A DNA stretch of 64,000 bases from Mayamaea pseudoterrestris (lineage: Eukaryota). The stretch covers positions 1,984,001-2,048,000 of the forward strand of contig BROI01000001.1 of the NCBI GenBank assembly GCA_027923505.1, written 5' to 3'. A program made the position numbers and the translations under genes. The notes under the pieces were generated by a model. That model made no database searches. It was given only the letters and a program-made list of their open reading frames with translations, and was not told the DNA's origin. Below, in pieces: positions 22,559 to 32,741 of this stretch; position 1 is the stretch's first letter; every line of letters starts with the position of its first letter.

Positions 22559-23704
22559 GCTCTATCGTTCTGACAAGAATGGTAATAAAGTAGTCACTGC
22601 ACTTATGTGGTTTCGCCTCCTTGCAAAAGAGTAATGAGAACGACAAGCTATAAGGAGCCTCGAAAGATTTTTTAGCGAACCAAACATCGGACCTATCCTA
22701 CCGGTACTGCTCATTATGATCGATGTCGGGACACTATCTGGCCGTCGATCACTGGTCGTGCCATGCCAAGATCGTGAGATAGCGAATTTTGATATGAATG
22801 ACCGCTGATCATCACTACATGGATACTTACGCGACCTTTAACATGTCGCTTTGATCTAACTTGTTTTCTGTCCTGATTCTAGCTAAATTTCTACCATCAA
22901 GTCATTCGCTATGTGAAACGGAGCTTGGAGACATGCAGGAGTGTCTCCTGAAAAAGATGTTGCCGTAGTTGCTCCTTTTGGTAACTGGGGAGTCGGTCTT
23001 TGACGACAATAGATAGCGGCAGTGTCTAAACTAGCGTCGCCATTTGCATTGATGGTTTCACGTGACATGCCAGTAAGCTAATTGTTTTTCCTTTGATGGA
23101 GTGCTACGGTAGTTACATGCTGCGGTTGCCGGCAAGAGATATCGACAGCATAATAATACATGTCTGCATGTCATGCAAAACAAGTCGTATATGCAAGTAG
23201 TAAAGTACCAATGACACTCCTAGCATTGCAGCAAAACAAAAACAAGAACACCTGGGATTCCAACGTGGTCCCCCACCGTAGTACTAACCAGGCCAGGCGC
23301 TGCTTAACTTCGCAGAGCAGACGGGATGCGGTGCTGTCAGCGCTGTATGGTCCTTGCTGTGGTGGATGGAGAATCATGAGTATATAAAGCATGAAATTGC
23401 AAGTACGCATTGTTGACAGTTTCCGAGCAGTCATATATGACTCGTATCCCATAATCATCCAATCAGATATCAATGACAAGAGCCAACAAAAGTGCGTACT
23501 CCAAAGGGCTATAGTGTTACGAACACAAAAAGTGCCTTGATAATTGCGCGTTACGACCAGACAAGACCACGACCAATCGTTTTCACAGCGGCATGCATCG
23601 GATGCCAAAACGTGAAGCGAAAAACACCAATGCAAGCATGCAAAAAACATTATTCGACTCCGATTGCAGCTCCAACGAACCATTACCAGCTCCTCATCAC
23701 TGTC

Positions 23705-25489
23705 ATGTCTATCAATCAAGATACCAAGCTAATCTCCAAGACCATGGCGGGCCTCATTCACAGCGTTCCTATCCGAAAGCCTTCGACCGAACGGTTTCAA
23801 GCCGTCCTGCTGAAACAGCTCGAACACCATCGCCAGCGACGACTTGATTGGGTCCAAGACAAGCATCGCCGCCATAAGACAAGGAAGAGGTCACTCCAAG
23901 AGTCGGCGCAGTGGCGTCATCGATATGCGGCAGCGGACGCATTTACTGATGAAAGCAGCAGCAACTCGCGCAGCAACAGAAAAACGTCAAAAACAGGCTC
24001 ACTCAAGCTCTCCAACTGCCACAATGTGTTGTATACGGGCGACATTAGCATTGGAACGCCGCCGCAGCTCTTCACAGTGGACTTTGATACTGGAAGCAGC
24101 GACCTGTGGGTGCCTTCCGCAAAGTGCGACTCTTCCTGCGATCCCTACTCCGACTGGCGCACCTATCGTCAAGACGAATCAACAACTTATCAAGCAGTTT
24201 CAAGTAGTAACAACGAGAATGACTTTCGCGACGAGTTTCTCGATGGCGAAGTTGTTGTTGGTCAGCATGCCAAGGATGTGCTGCGCTTGGGCCCCGACTT
24301 GACAATCTACAATCAAGTGTTTGCGCAAGTGACGAGTGTGGACAATTTCCAAAGCTGCGCCGGCGAGGAAGGATTGCTGGGACTTGGCTTGAGCGAAATT
24401 TCCAGTCACAACTTTTCCACCGTTCTTTCCAACCTCAAAGAGCAGCTGCGCTATCCAATCTTTAGTTTGTACTTGAGTCCGAATGAGGATTACTCGAACA
24501 GCAACGACTCTGACAATCGCGATAAGCCTATCAGAGCATCATCCGAACTTTTGTTTGGAGGAGTCAATCAAAAGTACTACAAGGATTGCATTACATGGCA
24601 TGAGCTTGGACAGTTTCAACTCGATAATGGACAAGCGTTCCAAGGATACTGGGACTTTAAATTGGACGGCGTCAACGTTGGCGGAGCAGACCTTCCATCG
24701 AGTAACTTGGCAATCATTGATTCCGGCTCGAGCTTTCTCATTGGACCGCCGGAAGCGATTGGGACTCTTGCTGTCATGAACAATGTGGTTTGTTTCAATT
24801 TGATGGATGTCAGCAATCCGGAGGAGGTGCCTTGCGATAATCCCGATGGCTTTGACGCCGCCGCCATTGACTGTGAGGCACCAATGTTTAATTTGAATTT
24901 TGTGGCCGACGGACAAACGTACTCATTGGCCAAGGAGGAGCTTGTCACGGAGTTTGTCACTGCTGATGGAATTGTGTGCTTGCTGCGACTGCTCGGATCG
25001 CAGGACTTTCCTGGTTGGATCCTCGGAGATGTCTTTTTGAATCGATACTACACCGCCTTTGACTTTGAGAATCGACGAGTTGGCTTTGCCTCACTCTCGA
25101 CGGAAGATAGTGGAGCTATTTGTCAAGCGGATTGGCCAATGGATGTGGCTTATAAGGGTGATGATAGTAAAGACTTTGATGCGGCGCCTTTGGATAGTGC
25201 GTCGACCAACTTCGCTATTCCAGCTGGGTCGCTTCCTTCTGTGGCGGAAACGTCAACTTCAACCAAAACTAGTGCAGACATACATTTCGATCAACGATCG
25301 CCGACAATTACTGAGCAGGCTACGTCTCATTGGTCGGAGAGGGATATTATTCTATCGGTGGCCGCTGGAGTTGTACTTGTCACCCTTATATTCGGCTTGA
25401 CGATGTTTAGAAGACGAAAATACACTCGAGCCGCAAAATTTGACGAGATGGCGACGGAACTGGAACTCTGCGGGGGAGTGATGGGCTAG
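23705..25489 (+). CDS. Pepsin/cathepsin D-like A1 aspartic protease with C-terminal TM anchor (start uncertain)
   Basis: YTGDISIGTPPQ.F.VDFDTGSSDLWVPS, IIDSGSS and WILGDVFLNRYYTAFD; TM IILSVAAGVVLVTLIFGLTMF followed by RRRK. The frame is open from 23492 and no clear signal peptide is visible. Confidence 0.9.
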   Translation: MSINQDTKLISKTMAGLIHSVPIRKPSTERFQAVLLKQLEHHRQRRLDWVQDKHRRHKTRKRSLQESAQWRHRYAAADAFTDESSSNSRSNRKTSKTGSLKLSNCHNVLYTGDISIGTPPQLFTVDFDTGSSDLWVPSAKCDSSCDPYSDWRTYRQDESTTYQAVSSSNNENDFRDEFLDGEVVVGQHAKDVLRLGPDLTIYNQVFAQVTSVDNFQSCAGEEGLLGLGLSEISSHNFSTVLSNLKEQLRYPIFSLYLSPNEDYSNSNDSDNRDKPIRASSELLFGGVNQKYYKDCITWHELGQFQLDNGQAFQGYWDFKLDGVNVGGADLPSSNLAIIDSGSSFLIGPPEAIGTLAVMNNVVCFNLMDVSNPEEVPCDNPDGFDAAAIDCEAPMFNLNFVADGQTYSLAKEELVTEFVTADGIVCLLRLLGSQDFPGWILGDVFLNRYYTAFDFENRRVGFASLSTEDSGAICQADWPMDVAYKGDDSKDFDAAPLDSASTNFAIPAGSLPSVAETSTSTKTSADIHFDQRSPTITEQATSHWSERDIILSVAAGVVLVTLIFGLTMFRRRKYTRAAKFDEMATELELCGGVMG

Positions 25490-25595
25490 TATATGACGTT
25501 GGAGCTAATTAAAATACAATTTTTTATATAATGCACCGTACGTTACAATTATGCGAGAGCGTATGAATGCTCTGTGTTTGACCTAAGACGCTCCA

Positions 25596-28500
25596 TCAAG
25601 CATAAGTTGACAGGATGTTGCGTATAATGGTCGGTAACTCTTTTGTCTGCATGCATATGTAGGCCCGTCCTGTGGGCAGCTCACGTTTAATCTCGTCAGC
25701 CTCTTCACCCAAGCTACCAATAAAGACGCAATGAGCTTTGATTTTGTGCTCGTTACCGTCCTCAATGATCTTTGCCAGATATCGAGGATGAATGCCATAG
25801 CGTCGCAAGTTGGCATCGGAAACGGCAATGACAATCCCACCGCCTGACTCATCGTCCCCTTGGTGCACATCAGCCAAATCAGCGATAGCTTGCTCAACTG
25901 CCTCTAAGGTATGATCACCGGACTGACAGTACTGACTATGCGCAATCATTCCTTGCAAAACTCGCATTCGCTGCTTTTCTGTCGTGGGTGGAAGCCCAAA
26001 TTGGACAAATGGGATGCTCGGTGAGTCGCCACTATGTCCTACAATTTGATAGTCAAACCGCTGCTGCATTCCATCGAAGCTGGCCATGATCAAATTGACG
26101 CTTTCCAGGCAGCGATAAAGTCGTTGATCGTAACCATTAAATCTGTACATGCTTCCCGAGACGTCCACGACGAAAGTAAGCCTCTTTGCGTTTACCATGG
26201 GCCCTGCATCTTCTGCAGACCCTCGACGCTTGTAAATGAAACTGTCGCCCGTCACTCCTTCAACAAGTCTACCGTCGTCAACTTCGCCATGGCTTTGACG
26301 CTTCAGCCACGTCTTTTCCGATTGTTTTAACTCGACTTGATTAAGAATCGCCCTTAAGTTGGCAATATCATTCTTGATTGGTTCAACGAACCGCTGATAC
26401 ATGTCCCATTCAGTCTCAGTCATATCGATCTCCTCCAACTTTTCTTTCAGCGCTTTCTCCGCCATTGCGCGAGCTGCTTTTCGCGCATCCTCGCTCACTT
26501 CCGCCTTCTTCTCGTCGCTAATTTGATGCACTTGGTGTCCGCGGTCTAGACGGTAAGGGCCCCCTCTGCCACCTAGTCCGGCAGTGTTCGATCCTCCAGT
26601 CCCACCTGCCCACTGATTGCCTCCGACGTGAGCTTCGTTAGCGGCATCCCACTTTCCTTCCTTGGGCATGTCGATAGGTGGTGGATTGCTGCTGCTTCCG
26701 TCGGGCGGGCGACCATCGGAATACTCTAACGTAAGTTTACCAGCTTGTCTGTGTACCGCGTCTTGCCATGACGCATATCGCTCAACGGGGATACCATGCC
26801 GTTTGAAGACGTCGCCAAGCATACCGTACGTATTCGCATCATAGCTGTCAAAATCCAATACATTGTGAAGCGTCGAGCTGATGTCATCCGATGGATAAGC
26901 TTGTAGATGCTTTATTACAGCAACTGCCTCTCTTGTAGAATAGGGATATAAAATATCTCCTCTGTCAGCAAATGACCTGAGTTCTGCAAAGCTACCAGCC
27001 AGGCTCCGAATTAAGGCCTCGTCGACGTCCGGCCCGTAGTGGCGCAGGAGCTCAATTTCGGAGTCAATATCAGGATTACCTATCACATACGTCGAAAAGC
27101 AATCTCCAATCTGTTTGAAAAATTGGTTACCTTGGAATGGAAAGCCTGGTCGATTAGCGAGTACAACCAGCGTGAAGTTCTTGTGCATTTCGATTATGCC
27201 AGGTCCTGTTTCGTGGCGACTTATCCGTCGGCCATCTCCCAGAAGTAGCTCTCCATCCTCTGCTAGTCCTTTAAGTACAGCCAAGACCTCCGTTGGTGCT
27301 TTATCAGCTTCATCAATGACCAGCGTCAATCCTTGCTCGGCAGCCCGTACGAGGGGAGAATCCGTCCACACAATCTGCCCGTTTTGAATTGAAGGTTGTA
27401 AAGTCAGTTGCGGTATGGTGCTGTCTCGATGGAGCTGAATATATTCCCTTTCAAAATTAACAACTTCACATAGCCTGTAGCGACGTTATAATACTTGTGA
27501 GAAATAGCTGGCACATCAATATTTTGTGTCCCAGTTGACACGACGCACCTATCAATGATAACATTCTTCCCAACCCCTTGATTTCCTAGAACGAGGAACG
27601 CCCTCTCGCCACTACTCCAATCCAGTAGCAAATTTTTGATAGTGCGTACGTGACTGGGAATATCGAAGAAGCGAGGTGATGGAACCATTTCCGGTCGTTT
27701 CGCCGACTCGCGATGCATCGTGAAATCCCCAATGCGGAGAGTTTTGTCTGTAAGCATGATGTGATTGTCAGCAGCTTTAGTCTCTGGCGCCGTTCGACTT
27801 ATTTGTGGCGTGCGCGACGTTGTCTTGATTCCTGCTTTCTGTAGTACTGAGTTGAGAGCTGCCCGCTGCGTGGGAGGTAACAGATCAGTTACCAGCACTT
27901 GCCTCACTGCTTCTCCTATGCTTGCTGTACTGGCACGCTTAGCAATGCGAATCAGATTACGCGTCGATAATTGACCGACGCCGCAGTCAGCAGCAACATC
28001 CGCCGTCAGTAAGGACCTGAGTTTTAAAAGCTTGCTAATCGTTTCTTCTGGACATAGCGGGTTTGCGGATCTCAGAATTGCGCGGGTACATTCCTCACCC
28101 AACGGAGGTATCACAATGGTCGAAAACATGCTCATAGCGTCCTGAGTCAACCATGAGCCTGCTTCCTTATTGCTCGTGGCAAGCGCAACAATTCGAAAGG
28201 CCGGATGAGCTTGAATCACATTAGGATCCATTGCCTCCAGAGAATCATCAACCGGCATGATCCGCCGACCATCTGGCAAATACATATCACGGGACAAGCA
28301 AAGACTCTGCAAGGCAGCCAACACATCGGGTCGCAACTTTTCCACGCCATCCAAAACGCAAAGATCCCCGTCGCGTATTGCATTCAACAGCGGTGACGCC
28401 TCCCATGCCGTCTCTCCAGTGAGTGGATTAGTCGCACGGCGAAGGAACAGATCCGTCAATGTCATTTCGGAAAAGACGTGCACCAGCTTTTGTCGATATC

Positions 28501-30079
28501 CTAGTAGACTCGCAAAATAGGCTGTGGTCGCACTCTTACTTTCTCCTGGCGGCGAAACCAATAAAATATCCTTCCCAAGTGCATGCGACGTCAGCAAACC
28601 TTCAATAACGCCTTTCAAACTCTCCGTCAAACAGTAGTTTGCCGGTGTCTGCTGCAATTCAAGTCTGCCACAATGAGCAGTCATGTCAATATTCGTTTTT
28701 GTTGGTTTAATCGTTGACGAGGCAAACCATGACGCATCGTCGCTCGCTTGTTGTGCGCATGACATTGTTACGACTGCTTCATCATCTCCAATTCGTTTGA
28801 TCGACTGTAGTTCGTACGTAACATTCTCGTCTACGCCTTCACCAATATTGGTTATTGATCCAAACGTCTGCGCATAGGCCGCATCAAACGCTTTGCGGTT
28901 CGCCTCCTGCGCATTGTACCATGGCATGCGCGTATCATGCACGCCGACGGGATAGGCTCGAAGCAATACATTTTGTAAATCCATTCGAGGAAACAGTGTC
29001 ATGGTTTGTTGAATGCTTGATAACTGATGAAGAGGAAGCGGCCATATCTTATTCTTGCTGGTCGCAGTTGTTACTGACTCTTGACTCGCCGCTTCCATGG
29101 CCATGGTCAATTTAACGAGCAAGTCTTGCGTTTGCTTGTCAATTTCATCATCTGCACTTCCTGCTGCTCCATCAACCCTGGCTGACTTTAAAAAACTATA
29201 GACAGTATCAATCGTTGTTTCAATTCGTCGAATCTGAAACCGCGATCGTAGTGGCGGATCCAGTGGCCGCCCCGGCCACGTTGGCGCTGGAACGCACGTG
29301 GCAATGACTCTGAAATCCTCATGCACCGGCACGAGCGACTCTGAAATTTGCTGGTGACTCGCCAGTAGTTGATCGTAGCGCTCTCTGCTGATGAGAAACC
29401 GACCATCCTCCAAGTTCATGCTGCGATGCTCGAGCAGATTGTTGAGTGTGGGCAAGACGTTGCGCGACGCTCGCTCCAAACCATCCAGTATCAGAATGCG
29501 ACCGTGAATGGCGGCGTCCACGGGAGCGGCATTGACAAAATCTAGTTTCAATAATTGTTGTTGGCGCATGTCATCTGTCGCAGCATCGGTCGTCATGTTA
29601 GTAGCATATGGTGTTTCCGCAAGCACCAATTCCCGTCGCTGCTTCAAATCGGATTCCGTCAGGTCCGATGTCACGTTCACAATCTGAACCTCCCGATGGT
29701 GTAAACGCGCATACAGCAGCGCCAAATTGCGACGAAGCGCCGCGGAGCTGCCAGGAGGTCCAACGAGTAGCATGTCCTGCGCGAGCGAATCCTTTTGCAT
29801 CATCCACTGCAAGTGTTGCAGCAAATGAGAGTCATGATGAATGTTGTCAAGTAACGTAGCAGCTGGTTTCGGAGTCAAGTGAGCAAGTGGTAATGTCTTG
29901 TGAATGGGTCGTTCCACATGGCCGATTCGGATAGTTGGGTTGCACTTTGTATCTGTAATGCTAGAAGATGAAAGCGATTGAGATCGGACGCTGCTGCTCG
30001 CATTTAATGGCAGCGGTCGATGCCTTTGTCGCAATAATCGACGAGCCGAATTTCTGAGTGCAGGAGAAATGAGTATCAT
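25596..30079 (-). CDS. VWA8: VWA8-like mitochondrial AAA+ ATPase with C-terminal vWA domain, intron 27475-27548, ~1469 aa
   Basis: Mitochondrial-type presequence; HLQWMMQKDSLAQDMLLVGPPG, LPTLNNLLEHR and GNQGVGKN; the intron joins IIDR|LCEVVNFEREYIQLHRDST; GGNQWAGGTGG..TAGLGGRGGPYRLD; vWA MIDAS DVSGS. Confidence 0.92.
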
Positions 30080-30330
30080 TCTTCAAGCAGACTGTCTATG
30101 TACAATAATATGTGCAAGGGGAAGCCAATCTCATTGTGATGGTTTACTTCATTTCATGGTTGTGATGGATCGAGCGATCCATTTTTTTGCGAGGCGTTGT
30201 AAACGCTGCGACATAGAGCGGTACTGATATGTCTGTCGCATGCGACACGACCACATCCGAGTTCGATGTATGGTTTGATCCATCACAACCTTGGTTGTTC
30301 TCACACAAGACCAAGACTATACCCACGACA

Positions 30331-32523
30331 ATGAGTTACAACGGACTCGCTGAACAATCAATGAGTAGTAACAGTAGCACTCATTTGAGGATACGCTTGC
30401 ATGCCGCCAATCTTCCGCGACAGGGTCGCTTCCTCAAGAGCCCTCCAGATACCTTTGTCGTTGTCACCTCCCTCACTGGTAGCAGCGGTGCCGTTGTTCC
30501 GAATGCAACGAGTCGAAACGGCCAGCAACAAAGTGACTCCATTCCGCAAGGCGTCATTTGGGGACGTACCGAAACAGTCTACAAATCGAGCCATCCGCAG
30601 TGGACCGAATGCATTGCCATTGACTACGTTCCGCATCAGGAGCTTTACTTTTACGTGCACATTTTTCAGGATGAATGCAACGAAAAGGACGATACTATAT
30701 CAGCAACAACTGGAACGAGTCACGAAAGCTGTAACAGAAAGAGTAGTAGTCAGTTACGACTATCACAACGTCGCTCCATCTCACAGCAGCCCCTCGACTT
30801 TACCAAGTCGCTCGGCAGCGCCATTTTCGAAGTCTCCAACGTGTTGGCTTCGTCGCAGCACACGCGCGTCAAGCGACTCCGCAGCGGCGGCTGCATCTTT
30901 TGTCGGCTCGAGCAATACGCGACGCCTGGCGACAATAACAAATTGGATTGTCTATCGCAACGATTCATATTGCAACTGGCAGCCTTGCAGCTAGACTTGC
31001 CGGGGCAGTCGAAACATGCACTCTTGAGCAAGCGGCGGCGGAGGCGGAAACGTCCAGTGCCGCTGCTCGTTGAACTAGCCAAGCGACCAGCGGGAAGGCA
31101 AGCCATGATGTGGGTCGTGACGCATCGATCGTCGGTGGTATACTCGTCGTCGTCAATAGGATCGGAGAGCGACTTTTTGACGGTGGTCTGGGAGGAGGAT
31201 GACATTGACCTCATGACGCTTTGTCACGGCGACGTTTCGCAATCTATACTGATTACGGTAAAGTCAGTTTCGTCGACGCGGGGAGAGCAGTCCAACATGA
31301 AGGTGATTGGAGTGACGGAAACTAGTTTGCAGCATTTGTTACGACTGGGCGAGTTGGCGCGGGATCTGCCGCTGCAGTTACATTACAACAATAATGACGA
31401 CGATGAGTCGTTAACGCCAGTTAGGCGGCAAGAACAACTATCTGCGGCAGTGACTGGAGAAGCAGACGATAGACGCTCCGGTAGCGAGGATTTGACCGAA
31501 AGTTACTTGGACGACAGCTCCAGCGACGATGACGATGACGACGAACATGTTGCTTCCGGACAAGCGAGCGGCCAGGATGGACAGGAGGCTCCACTGCGTC
31601 CGAACGAGCTTCTCCTACAGCGTAGTCAAGTCAAGATGAAGAGGGTCGGTCGACTGCAGGTGTTAAAGGCAGAACTAATATCGACGCAGTATGACGACGA
31701 GACGTTTCAACATGTTTCGCCATTGTCGCCAATGAATGGGAACGTTAACGAAGTGGTCGACTTGGCAAAGTTGCAATCAACAATTGCCATTCAACCACGC
31801 GCTGATCCCGCCAGGTTTCAACACTACCTTGATCAAGGTCTTGAGCTAGACTTTTGCGTCGCAATAGACTTTACATCAAGCAATGGCAATCCACGAGAGG
31901 AAGGAACAAACCACTACCAAGATCCTGCGGGTGCATTGAACGACTACGAGGAGACGATTCTCGCCGTGGGAAAGGCTGTTGAAGCTTACAGTCGTAGCAA
32001 AGAATACCTAGTTTGGGGATTTGGTGCCAAGTTTCATGGTGCAGTGAGACATTTGTTCCAGCTGGGACCGAAGCAAAGGGTGCAAGGTGTTGATGGAATT
32101 TTAAATGCATATCGATCCGTCTTTGCGTCCGACTTTATCATGTCTGGGCCTACTCTGTTGATGGAGGTCATGCAAAAAGCAGCCATACAAGCCAAAATGT
32201 ACCAGGCTGATGAATCACCTTCCAAGCTTCGCTACAACGTGCTGCTCATTATCACGGATGGTTTGGCAGACTCGTTTGAAGAGACGCAGCGCAAAGTCTC
32301 CGTCTACACACAGGTTCCACTAACTATTGTGATTGTTGGTGTCGGCGATGCATCGTCCGATTTTCAGAAAATGTATGAGCTCGTCACGACACACCGGCCT
32401 CGGCGAAACCTCTCATTCGTCGAGTTTTCCAAGCATCAAGATCACCCTGGAGCATTAGGTGCGGCTGCGCTACAAGATCTTCCCTCACAAGTCTCCGAGT
32501 ACATGAGCATGAGGGGGTTGTAG
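30331..32523 (+). CDS. Copine-like protein (two C2-like domains + vWA)
   Basis: C2 features (LHAANLP, PDTFVVV, GRTETV...HPQW); copine vWA motifs VAIDFTSSNGNP, WGFGAK, SGPT, LLIITDG, PLTIVIVGVG. The start could be upstream (frame open from 30229). Confidence 0.88.
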   Translation: MSYNGLAEQSMSSNSSTHLRIRLHAANLPRQGRFLKSPPDTFVVVTSLTGSSGAVVPNATSRNGQQQSDSIPQGVIWGRTETVYKSSHPQWTECIAIDYVPHQELYFYVHIFQDECNEKDDTISATTGTSHESCNRKSSSQLRLSQRRSISQQPLDFTKSLGSAIFEVSNVLASSQHTRVKRLRSGGCIFCRLEQYATPGDNNKLDCLSQRFILQLAALQLDLPGQSKHALLSKRRRRRKRPVPLLVELAKRPAGRQAMMWVVTHRSSVVYSSSSIGSESDFLTVVWEEDDIDLMTLCHGDVSQSILITVKSVSSTRGEQSNMKVIGVTETSLQHLLRLGELARDLPLQLHYNNNDDDESLTPVRRQEQLSAAVTGEADDRRSGSEDLTESYLDDSSSDDDDDDEHVASGQASGQDGQEAPLRPNELLLQRSQVKMKRVGRLQVLKAELISTQYDDETFQHVSPLSPMNGNVNEVVDLAKLQSTIAIQPRADPARFQHYLDQGLELDFCVAIDFTSSNGNPREEGTNHYQDPAGALNDYEETILAVGKAVEAYSRSKEYLVWGFGAKFHGAVRHLFQLGPKQRVQGVDGILNAYRSVFASDFIMSGPTLLMEVMQKAAIQAKMYQADESPSKLRYNVLLIITDGLADSFEETQRKVSVYTQVPLTIVIVGVGDASSDFQKMYELVTTHRPRRNLSFVEFSKHQDHPGALGAAALQDLPSQVSEYMSMRGL

Positions 32524-32574
32524 GATAAGTACTAATTTTGTAATTATATTTACAAGCATAAGCAGCCACGCAGT

Positions 32575-32741
32575 TTACGATTTTAGCCTCATTTGCCTTT
32601 CTAGGGAACCCACGTCATATTATGTTCATCGTGGACTGCTCGAAAGTACGGCAATGCCATCTCATCTCCGACACTTAAAGCCGTTCATCATGGACTGCTC
32701 GAAGTACGGCAATGCCATCTCATCTCCGACACTTGTAGCCG
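32575..32741 (-). pseudogene. Decayed fragment of the 3' end of a STAND-like ATPase paralogue, containing a 59/58-bp tandem duplication
   Basis: 32636-32674 matches 39204-39245 at 37 of 39 aligned positions with one 3-bp gap (VGDEMALPYFRA vs VGDVEMALPYFRA). Tandem copies lie at 32624-32682 and 32683-32740. Confidence 0.8.

Noticed and set aside
23171..23719. 182-aa minus-strand hydrophobic ORF upstream of the aspartic protease
   Set aside because: It partly overlaps the protease reading frame, has a composition typical of non-coding sequence and shows no domain.
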